A stretch of 64,000 nt of DNA from Takakia lepidozioides (lineage: Eukaryota > Plantae > Bryophyta). Shown in pieces: positions 48,201 through 60,200 of the stretch. Both the position numbers and the translations under genes were made by a program. Numbering within the stretch: the first letter of the stretch is position 1; each line of letters starts with the position of its first letter. The stretch covers positions 25,730,001 through 25,794,000 of the forward strand of contig CM060732.1 in NCBI GenBank assembly GCA_030704615.1, read 5' to 3'. The notes beneath the pieces are model-generated. The model was given only the letters and a program-made list of their open reading frames with translations. It made no database searches and was not told where the DNA came from.

Positions 48201-51200
48201 CTGCTAGGGTAGTAGGACCCAACAGAGTCAAGTTACTGCAGTTTACCCCATTTGGCATTTCATCTTGCATTATGTGAATAAGACTCCTGGTCCTGGAAAT
48301 GCTTGATCTCACCTGATGCATGGGATATTTCACAGGGAGTGTTGATGACCACACACATTTGCTATTGCCGGCCCTAGTCCGCCTCTTTAGACCTGATGTT
48401 TCCAATGCTCCACTCGAGATCCGCCGCGCTGCTATCAAAACTCTTGGGCGTCTTCTGCCGTGCATGCAGGTAAGTTTGTTTTTTTTTGAGCGACTGGGAA
48501 ATATGTTGATGAAACATTGTGGAGAATTGTAGCCCTGCGAACTGTATGTGAACACGGTAGCATGACATTCCAACCACTGAAGCTCTGCAGAATCACAGGA
48601 TACACCGATGCTTGTTTAGTGGCTGCCAGTCAAGAAGTACTAAGATGGAACCATTTTGCCTGTTTCAGAGTTTTAAGAGAGAATTGAGGCTCATGATCTT
48701 CTCAGTATACTTGAGATTTGAGAAACAGCTCTCATTCCCAACTGTGGTAGGATTCTGAGTATCAGAGTTCTGCGATTTCGGTGTGCAGGTGTCTGGACAT
48801 GTATCGGCACTACTACTACCATTGACTCGGGTTCTTGATGGGTAAGTTTTGGGGGCATGTCTTGTTATGCTACAGGCTTGAGACTTTTGTATTTTGGTTG
48901 CCCCATTCAAACTGTCTGCCAGTTGATAACTATACAGGCACCCAAACCCATGACTGCTTGAAAAGCACTTTGACTAGAAACCAGAGATGCCATGAAAGTT
49001 GTTTATCCAAAGTAAATGCTGTTTAACGGACATGTCTGTGATGTTAGTTGGTCTGTTTATACCCCCTGCCTGATCCGAAGAACATTTCAGGAAGGGAAAG
49101 TGACAGTCGCAGGTAGTGTCAAAATAATGTCTGAATGAGATCCAATGCCTACACCACAGCCATTATTTCATTCAGAGCTCTGCTGTGAGAATCCCTTGAA
49201 TTCTTTTATGAGCCCTGGCTAGAAGTTAGCCATTTATCCTGGCTGTTAAACGGACATGGTGACAGGAATGTTGATGAGTTGCGGAAGGATGCTGTTGACG
49301 CAATTTGTGCTCTGGCTTTGGCTCTTGGTGCTGATTTTGCTGTCTTTGTGCCCTCTGTACGGAAACCAATGCAACGCCATCATCTCCAGGTTAGTAATTC
49401 ACTTCACTGCTATGACTTTATTTATCTGAAGGTTTGAAGACCTTACTTTCAGTTTCTAGTTCCTAAGTTGTTAGGAAATAGTAGTTATGAGTCATTGAGT
49501 CCTGGAGTCATTTTGTCTGTGGTAAATGGTGAGGTAAAACACATTCCTCGTGTATTATCTGTCACATAGGACAAAAGGTCACCTTGAGGGCCCTGTCCTG
49601 CCAGGGAACTACATGTGCTAGAGCTGATTGTGGGGTGTCCACCACCGAGCATGATACCCAGCCCATTATTTCTTCACCACTCATGAATAGCTATGGACAA
49701 GGTGATGTAATTGTCCATTGGATGCATTGGAGAGCATGGGTGCACAGAAAAAGAGTGAAATAGAAAAAGATATGAAATGAAATGAAATGGTGCTTTATAA
49801 CGTCCGCAGAAATCTCATAGAGCTTATGGGACAAAATGGAAGAAAACATGAGAGAGGAACAAATCCAGAAACCACAATTAATGTTCTAGCGATTGTCTAA
49901 GGGTGAAGGCCTCGTGCAGGTAGGCTGCCAAGCATTTTTGATCCTCATAGTGGAAGACATCAGTGAGAGTTTGGGTTCCACTGAATAAACAGTGGAATCT
50001 CCCATGGATCTCGTAGTATAGAGGGCAGTAGAAGAAGAAGTGTTCTTCAGTTTCAATTTCCTTGCTGCGCCCCATGCAAGCTGGACATAGGCGGTCCTCC
50101 CGTTGCAGGTTTTCCCATCTGCCAGTCTCTATCCGTAGGTTGTGGGAACCCACCCTGAACCGCCCCAATGCCCTCAGGAGGGAAGGAGATAAGGGTGCTG
50201 AAAGGTAATTTGGTCTCAAGATTCTATCATCGCGGAGCACCAAGAATGTCTCTCGATAGAAGTGGAGCTTTGTCGTGAGGTTGGGTAGCTTCCAAGTTCT
50301 CTTGACATGTAATTCCATAAGCTCTCTCCTAATGAGTCTGTTGCGGTCATGTCTGGATGTGATGTCCACCTCATCTGGATTCATTGGTAATAGGAAAGCA
50401 GTAGAAAGTCCGTTACGTTGAAATAAACTGTCCACTCGAGCATACCAGGAGTTCCTGAAACCTGCAGCTTTCAGCCTCACAGATGTTGTGAGGGCCCTTG
50501 CCACTAGCCCTTTGGGTGGAAGGGCCTGTAATCTATGGAGAAAGATTGTAAGCCGGAAGAGGGCCTCAGATTGCAATGGTACACATGCGAACTCTGCACC
50601 TAGGATCTGAGATGGAGTTGTGCTCCTGGCGCCAAGCATTGCTTGGAGAAAAGATGACTGTAATGGATCCAAATTTTTTTCCCACCAGGAGACAGGGACA
50701 CCAGGTGCCCAGAACTCACAACCATAGATGGTAGCAGGGCTGACGACGGTGTCAAACAGCCACTTTTTGGTCGGGGGATGACACAGATGTATTTGCTTGC
50801 ATTTGGCCTGAAGGCGGACGGAGGCCGCCTTACCTTTAGTCAATCTGTCCAAGGCAGTGGCTGCAAAGTGAAACTTGGGGGAGTGGATAACCAGACCCAG
50901 GTACCGGTATGATTTCACAATCTCAATTTCCTGCTGGTTGAAGATGAATCTACGATCAGCCTGGCCATTGAAGACCATGATCTTGGTCTTGCTAAGATTG
51001 ACTTGCATCCCATAGTCTTTGCAGAACTGTTCCAAAATTTTGAGATGGCGTTGCAGGAAGACCGGGGATTGTGCCAAAAGGGCAACATCAGCGTAGAGGA
51101 GATCTGATTGGGTTGGTCCCCCATCCAATGGTACCCCAACCCCATGGTTTTTTGATATGTAATTCTCCAAGGCGTCAATGTAGATCCTGAACAGGGTAGG

Positions 51201-54200
51201 TGAAAGGGGGCAGCCCTGTTTGACTCCAATGTTGCTGTGGACCTCGGCTGAGAATTCACCAGCGACGTTGACCGTGCCAGTGACAATCTCATACATAGAA
51301 GAGATGGCACAAAGGATGTCTGGAGGGACTTCCACTCTATGGAGCCGTTGGAAGAGAAGGTCCCGAGTAACTGAATCAAAGGCTTTGTGAAAGTCCACGA
51401 AGCAAACATAGACCATTCTTTTGTCATAGCGTGCACTTTCCACCATAACCTGAAGAGTGAAGATGTGGTCAATAGTGGATCTGTTGCGACGGAAACCAGC
51501 CTGTCCCTCAGCACGAATGCGAGAGGACTCAGCCCAATCATCCAGTTCCATGGCCACTACTGCCCCAAACAGTTTAGCAAGTAACGAGGACACCATGATA
51601 GTACGATAGTTTGTCGGTGCGAGCCTGTCACCGCTCTTGAAAAGTGGGTGGATGATGCTCTTTGTCCACTCTGTTGGAAAGCCCCGTTGCACCACCTCAT
51701 TGAAGGGTGAGCTATAAAAGGGGCTAAAGTAGGTGCAGCCTGCTTGATGAATTCACTCTGAAGTCCTGAAATGTCCACTGCTCTGCCATTTTGCAGCTTC
51801 CTGATTGCCTTACTGACATTGGCCGTAGTAAAGAGAGAGAAGTGAAGGGGTTTAGAGGTTATAGGAGAAGGAGTTTGGGTTGGGGAATGGTACAAAGACT
51901 GTGCATACTCATGCCAGACGTGAATGTCAGTGATTGGGGGAGGGTCTCTATGAGGTTTAAGGAGGGACCAAAAAAGAACGAGGAGAAAATCTGATTTTAG
52001 CAAGGAAAGAAGATTGCAACTTGATAGTGTAGGCTCGCTTTTTGGATCTAATGAGGGACTTATAGTGCTTAAGAGCAAGATTAGTGGACTCTGGAGAAGA
52101 ATTTGTATCAAGTAGTAAAGATTTGATGTGACGTCTAGCAGTCTTGCATTCCTCATCATAAAATGGTGCGTAACGACGAGTGGAGAAGGCTGAGGAGGTA
52201 GATGGAAGAGTGACGGGAAAGGATCGCAGGGCTGAGTCCCAAAGGGCTTGAGTAAGATGTGTAGCCTTGTCGTTAGGAGATGGTAGATGTAGAATGGAAG
52301 GGAGGGTTGATGCTAGGTATGTTTCATACTCGGCGTCGTGTAAGTGAGAGAAAGGGGTATTAAAGTGGATACGTGGGTGTAAGGGAAGAGAAGCAGAGGG
52401 GATCCTCACGGGGAGGGAGATGGAAGGAAATGCAAAGGAAAGGCAAGAGTGATCAGAATCCGGGTACCTCGTGATGTAAAAGGAGCTTATTCTATCAGAC
52501 TTGTCAGATATCAGAAAGAAAGAAATGTTGTATTGCCCACCAAGAGTCTCATTTGTCATTTTATTTCTGATGCATGGGGTTTCAGCATGCGCAATTTGAT
52601 GCAATAGAGGCTCGTCTGAGGAAGAGAGAACCAGCTTTGTTGGACATGCAATCCTCTCCTGCTTCTGCTCCCTCCATTGTGGTTGGGGATGTGCCCATTT
52701 TGCCAGGCATCCCCTGTCCTGGCATGGAGTGGGATGGAGAGATATATGATGCTGATAGTGTCGACTCCTCGGTTACATCAAGGCCACTCCAGGTTTCCTC
52801 TTGCACTTGTTTCCTATCTGTCTGGCAGTCCATCTTGTAAACACATGATTCTCTTTTCAGTCGAGCTGGTCAATGTTTTTGTTTCTGCTACCTCCCTTAT
52901 CCACCTTCCGTTACTGGTTCTTCTGTCAGATCATCTTTACCATCATTCCTGGATCTTCAGTCTGACTAAGTGTGACTATGCCAGGTAAACGAAGGAGTTC
53001 TGAGAGCTGCCTGGGAGTCCTCAAAGCGAAGCACGAAGGAAGACTGGGCAGAGTGGATGCGCCACTTCAGTGTGGAGCTTCTAAAAGAGTCGCCGTCACG
53101 GGCACTTCGCACTTGTGCAGGACTAGCCCAACTCCAGGTAGTCCCCCCATCGGCTCTTGGTTTACCCTCCCACAATAACTTGTGTTTGTGGACATTCGTG
53201 GCTCGGGTGTTGATAAGAGCAGATTTTTAGGCCTTTCTCTGACAATTACTACAGGATGTTCTAACTGAAGTTGAGTATGCTTGTAGAAACGTATCATTCT
53301 AAGGCAATGGGACGTGGGGCTGGGGTGTAGCCATATGTGGCTCGGGAGTTGTTTGCTGCAGGGTTTGTGAGCTGCTGGTCACAGTTGAATGATGCCCACC
53401 AGGAGCAGTTGGTTCGCAGTCTTGTTAATGCCTTCTCGTCACCAAATATCCCTCCAGAAATTCTGGCCACTCTTCTCAACCTGGTGCTGATTCTATTCCA
53501 TTCTTGTTCAAGCTGATAGTCTATTTGTGTCCCTAGTTTTGGATTTTGAAATTCTTCCTAAAGTGTTCTATTTGATCAATCTATAACAAGTAATTTGAAA
53601 TCGTGTATTGAAGACTCTTGAAGAGTTGAAGAAGAGCTTAAATGGTACACTAAAAGGATAGTCTACAAGTACATCCAGTATTAAATTGAGCAGAATGGGC
53701 TTTTGTGTGTGATTGAAATATCTGACAAATTGTTGCTTCCACACCGGTTGAAAATGTAATGACTATTTGTGGTCATGTGGGGACAGGCGGAGTTCATGGA
53801 GCACGATGAAAAACCATTGCCCATCGATATTCGAACTCTTGGACAGTTGGCAGAGAAGGTGTGCTCATTACATCTGTAAACCTCTCTTCCTGCTGACCGT
53901 GGTTTGTAGTCATCCCATCTGGCAAGCAAAGGTATATACACCATGATGGCCAATTTTTGGTTCCTGCTCCAGTGGTTCTATTCCCTGAATTAAACAGTGG
54001 CTTTGGTTCTTTCAGGCTGGCCGCTAGCTGGAAAGCTGTGTCCAGAACCTGGCGTGTGGGTTCACATGGCTTCATTGTTTAACAGGGTGCTACGTAGTAT
54101 CATGATTGATCATTTCTTTTTCTCCTGTACTTAGGAAGGCATGGAAGCCTACCTTTGAACAATAAACAGATGCAGAGAGGAAGAGGAGATTGCAATTGCC

Positions 54201-57200
54201 AATTCCCTGATTGATCATTCTTAGGGAGTGTTTGGTTAGACAAAGCTTGAGGACATGCCTTTGGCTCATGAGAGTGTGTTTTTGGGACAGTGTCATGCAT
54301 ATGCCAAGGCCCTGCACTACAAAGAAATGGAGTTCCAAGGAGCGCAGTCAATGACTGCAGAGACAGTGCAGGCCATGACAGTGGAGACACAGCCCCAGCC
54401 AGTAACGGCTGTTGAGGCCCTTATTCATATCAACAACCAATTGAACCAGCATGAGGTATGTGGTTACTTCGAGGTCCCCTTCCACAACTCGCTGGCTGGC
54501 CATTCATTTTGGGTTGGTAGGATAGCATGCTGAGTACCTGGTTGTGGCTGATACTGTTGTGGTCTCAAGTGCGTGCTTTGCTTTGCATGATAGGGATCTA
54601 CTGTCTGTTGTTTATTTTTTGGTTAGTGTTTAGTTTAGTCAGTTACCCTACCATTTGATTACGCATGACAGTCTAGCATCCGATCCAACTTAGGCCGGTC
54701 TCTAGTCCAAAATCTGTTTACATTGTCTACTTCACACCATTGAAAATGCCCCAATGCTAAGAGGAGGGATTAGCCCAAACAGGTGAAGGCATCAGCCCAT
54801 GCCTTGATAGATGTTTTTCACTCTAACCTTGCTGCTCTGGATTTCATGGACGATTCCAAGGGCATATCAGTAGTTTCAAATATAGCTGGAAGAAAGTCAG
54901 ACAACAGGTTAAATTGGGGTAGATGGGTTCATTTGAAGCTGATTCTAATTTTGTGGAGGAGTATACCATGATGAGTTGGCAGGCAGCAATGGGCATCTTG
55001 ACCTATGCACAGCAAAACCTTCGTGTGGAACTGAAGGAATCCTGGTATACCCCCTAGTCTTCTCCTTGTTGGACCAAGTTATGGGAACATTTCATGTTTG
55101 TAAACCGAATGGATTATTGTATTTCATATTGTTGGGGTAGGAGTCCAGGACAGGTTCAAGGATTGTCTACTAGGCTAGGTATGTGGTTTCCTTGACCGGC
55201 CTCTATACATGGTTTCTGGACTTGCGTGGAGGGTTCTGTGGGGGACCTTTCTTTGTATGGAATAAGAAGATGGACATGTATGCTGCCATGGTGTGGTAGG
55301 ATCTAGTTTTTGTAAGGGAATACAGTACTGAATTCAGATTAGGTGAGGGAGTGCTGCTGAAAAATGACGGTGTCATGTAGGTATGAGAAGCTTCAGCGCT
55401 GGGAAGAGGCTCTTACAGCATACACACAAAAGGCTTACCAACCTTCAACCCCTGATGAAAAGCAGTCAGCAATCCTTGGTGTGTTGCTTCACTTAATCTC
55501 TGTGCAATGTAGTGAGTTACAAAGGGAGGGAAGATCAGGCAGGCTGGTATGTCCATGGAGCTGAATGGGAGAGTGTACTTATTGGACTCTTTAGCCTTGT
55601 GGCCATAGCTGCTTTGAATGTGAAAGATTGTGGAAGCATTGTCTGCCGACTTGGTTCCCCTCTTTGTGGATCAAAATCCACATCCGCTCCTCTTGGCTCA
55701 GGAGCACGCGTTGCTGCTCGAGTGACAGCAGCTGCAGAGTCCACATGCAATGGTCCTGCAAGTGCGGCTCCACACATGAAGCCCATGAAATGGGAGGAGA
55801 GGAGGGGGATGGAAGAAGACAAACAGTTCGCCACTTTAATGGAAGGCTCGCTGTAGTAGTGGATGTAAATTTGTATTCTTTTCCTTCATTTTCTGAAGAG
55901 AGTTTGACCTTAGCATCCATGTCATACTAGCAAGCACCCAAACAGTGAACAAGAGTCACAACTCTTATCTGGATGTTCGTGAACTGAGTTGAAAGTGCTG
56001 CAGCTACTTTCCAATTGCTACTTTCGAAGAGAGCCTGTTGTTGTGTGAGATTGCCCCTTACAAGGTTGCCCCTTGAGATTGCCCCTTCGAAACTATTTGC
56101 CTCTGGTGGGATCCTACCACAGGACCTATATGTGGTCCCTGTTTGTCACAGCTAGCCTTTACTTAATGTATTGAGATGTTCCCACACCGAATTTAACAAT
56201 ACTCAGCCTGGGAAGGCTCTTTTAGATAGTGCTAAGCTGTTACTAATGGCTGTGAATCTCAGACGAGAGATTTGCGAGGGGTTCGCTCTCTTCAACTGTG
56301 CCAAGGACCTCAAAGTTCAAAAGAGAGGAGAAGAAAAATTAAGGTTATTAACACAATGAATCAACTGGCTGAGGTTTACCTTGGGTTGATCACCAGGGCG
56401 AATGCGGTGCTTGGCTGCATTGGCTTGCTGGGAGGAGTTGAGCGCGCTTTGTCGAGAATCTTGGGCTCCTGCCGAGCTTTCACGGCGCTTGGAGATGGCA
56501 CCAATGGTTGTTATCTTGCCACTTGTTTAGCACCTTCAGTCGTTGTTTATTGTGATACTCTCCCACCAAATCAGGAATAACACTAATGGCATACAGACAG
56601 TGGGGGCTGTAGATTTAGCAGAGAGACACCATATCCATTTGTGGTCGGTGTGGTGACTTTGAACTAGCAGCTTCCTTTGTGAGGGTTGATGGTGTGGTGC
56701 TCTCTTTGCAGGCTGCAAGTGCTGCATGGAACATGGGCGAATGGGATGAGATGGCCGAGTATGTCAAGTGCTTAGATGGTGGAGATGATACCCATGTGCG
56801 CATGCCAATCCTAAATACAAGTGGAAGCGGCAATGGTGCTAGCGATGGGGCATTTTTTCGTGCTGTTCTTTGTGTTCGGCGTGGCCGAGTACGTCATTCT
56901 GTTGTCCCTTTCCTGACCTCATTACAGATTTTCATATCTTTGGCTTCTGGATTATCGTCTCTTGTCACAACCACAAACATCTGAAACCCCAAACTGGTAC
57001 TCTCATATGGAGAATAACCAGGCAAGACTATTAGATCGTGAGTTTGTTTAGACTAGTCACACTCTTCCGAATGCCGATTGGACAGCAAAAATGGGCAAAA
57101 CCACAATAACAATACTGATGTTGCTGATGTTGATATTTCTTTTTCTCTCTTTTCTTCTCTCTTTTCTTTTTACCGAAGAGTTCTATTTGTTGACATGGCC

Positions 57201-60200
57201 CTGAAGGCCATTTGTAGTTCTGATCCCTGGCAACTTTCTTCTTTGGAAGATTTCTGGGGGTTTACTTTTTGACAACATATAGTCTACTCAATAGTACTCA
57301 ATAGTAGTGCTTTTGAGGATCCATCAAATGGCCAAATTTCCAGTACTCCTCGGTGTTCAAGGTGTTGCTCGGATCATGAAATGGCAGAACACGGAAGATA
57401 AGGAATCTGCCATCCGGGCATATGATGAAGCTAAGGAGTGTGTGGATCGGGCTCGCAACTGCCTTGCCACAGAACTTGCAGCATTGGTTTGATATTTTCA
57501 ACTTCATTCCCATTGTTGTCACTTTCAGTACCTAGTTGTGTTGCCTTTGTAGCTGTTTGTATCTATCTTCATATGAATTCCCCGTTAGTTATCAGAGTAA
57601 TGGAAGTGTGGGAGCTTGGGGTCACTTGATCTTCATATCCATGACCTGCAGGTGTTGGAGAGTTATGATAGGGCCTACAGCAATATGGTGCGTGTGCAGC
57701 AGCTTGCTGAACTAGAAGAGGTGGGTTGATATTCTGACACATTCCACTGAACATGTTGCGGTTATGGCAATACTGTGGGACTGTGCCTGATCCTGTATGG
57801 ATGAACCTGGGATGCAGGTGATAGACTACCTTACTCTGCTGGAGAGAGAGAGAGAGAGAGAGTTGCCAACTGCTGCCCATCAAGCACGGGCTGACCTAAT
57901 TCGTAAAATGTGGCGGGATCGCATGCAAGGCACCAAGAGAAAAGTTGAGGTAGGCCCGGAACTTCCACGAAAAAGATTTGTCTCTCCTCTGTCAGGCATG
58001 GGAAGTATAAGTAGTAGTATAGATGTGTGCCAAACCCTGTGTACATTGATTGTTGGGCCAAGGCGACGGGACTGAGGTATCCACCACAGGTTAGTTGGTG
58101 ACAGCAGCCCTTTCAGAGGCATGCCAATCATTTTTCTTCTCCCACTGTTTTTGATGGGTCTTCGCTTGCAGGTTTGGCAATCATTACTTGCAGTACGTAC
58201 GTTGGTGCTGTCCCCCACTGAGGACACTGAAACATGGCTTAAGTTTGCATCTCTTTGCCGTAAAAGTGGGCGTGTCAGGCAAGCACGTGCCACATTGGTT
58301 AAGCTGCTACAGGTAGAGAAATTTTCAAACTCCATGATGGTTGAACTCTGTGTGTTTTTCTATATGCTTGGCAATGGGATCACTCAGAAATACTGTGTGA
58401 CTCTGAGCAAGATTGAACATTGGTACAATGCCCTTTTTGAGCAGAACTCAGCAGTTCATGCTTGAAGGTCTGCTGAGGTCTGCTCAGGCTCTGGAAAACT
58501 GGCTTCTGAGTGTTTACATCTCTGGTATTACTTCTTGGAGCAGATTCAGCAAATCTTAAAAGCAGGGATCAAGTGCAATAACTAATGATTGTGCAGTGTT
58601 CATGGTTTTAGACGTCCACAAAGAAATGGTATAACTGACATGTGGATTTGTGCTTGTGGCAGTACGACCCAGAGCTTCAACATCCTCCAGACGATATTCA
58701 GTTTGCTCCGCAAGTAATGCTGGCATACTTGAAATATCAATGGTCCGTTGGTGACGATTTCAAACGCCGAGAAGCTTTTCACCAGCTTCAAGTAAGCAGT
58801 CCTTACTGTTGGTTAGATAGAGATTCTGGGGACAAGCACCCCTCCAATGGATTTATTCTTGGTGTCCAGAATGACATTTCAAGCAGGAAAATATCTTTCT
58901 GAGGGTGAAGAAAGCCATCCATGAGATTCCTTTTTTCTTGGGCCCTTTTTGTCTTTTATTAACTTGCTGCCATCCGGACGTGGTAATGATATGCTAGAGC
59001 TGGTGCTGTTGTAGAAGAGTTCTTTGAAATATCTTGGTATGGGCGAAGCAGGGGCTAGCACTGGAGCTGGAGCAAAACATTGCGTCTGGTGGGATGGTAT
59101 ATATTTCAAACCAGGTTGTTGATGGGAGTCTGACAACTTCTTCCACTCCCCTTCTGGCACGAGTACACTTGAAGCTTGGAGCATGGCATTGGAACTTAAA
59201 TCCTGCCTTAGAGGACGAGTCCGTACGAGGTTATTCTGCACTTTTGCTTCACCCAACCAGGGAGCAGTCCCTGATAATTTGCTTCATATTATGGGAATAA
59301 CCTAGTGTTCTCAAGTCCATTTATATGGCAGATACTATATCGACACTGCAGTACAAGCTTGTTCAGAAGCTAGTAGACTTTGCTTCCTGAATGTCGTTTA
59401 CTAAAGTACCATTGTGGTCTTAGTGATTATATAGGACTATTCATCACTGCTGAAGTATGTCGTTTGGCTTTTGTATCTACAGCAGAGATTTTGACGGCGT
59501 TTAAGACTGCAACACAATATGCAAGCACCTGGGCCAAAGCATGGCACAAATGGGCTCTATTCAATACGGCAGTCATGTCTCACTACACATTGCGGGGGTC
59601 CCCGGCGTTGGCAGGGCGCCATGTGGTGTTGGCCATCAATGGCTATTTCTCTTCCATAGATCATGCCTCCACAAGCAAAGGTGGAGATGGCTCTCTTCAG
59701 GTACAGTTCAATGGGCCCAAACACCACACATCTCTTCTCTTAGTTCAGTTGGTCAAAAATTCTCCTGAAAGCCCATGACACTTTGAGGTCAGTTATGTGC
59801 CCCACCTACTTTGGTGGTCGCCACTGTAGTTAAGCTGGATTCATGCTTAACAGCCAATGTAGGAATGTCGTAACTCCCATGATAAGAAACACTCGACCTT
59901 TTTTATGAACTTCAGATGTACCTAGAGCCTCAAAGAGATGAAAGATTATCCAAAGATGCCCACCTTGTCGTTCACTGGTGCCAGGTACAATCAGCATTGC
60001 CGGACTGGCAGTTGCCCATATTTAAGCTCCAGTAACAGGCAAGCACAAACTTTAGATACAGACTGACATCTAATGAACACACCAATGTTTCAAACACCAC
60101 GCTCTTTGTTTCCTTTACAAGACGGATCCAGTACCTGGTGAGTTGGAATTATCTTGGAATTCTTATTCGTTGTATAGCATACTTTGAAGCTGTTATTACC

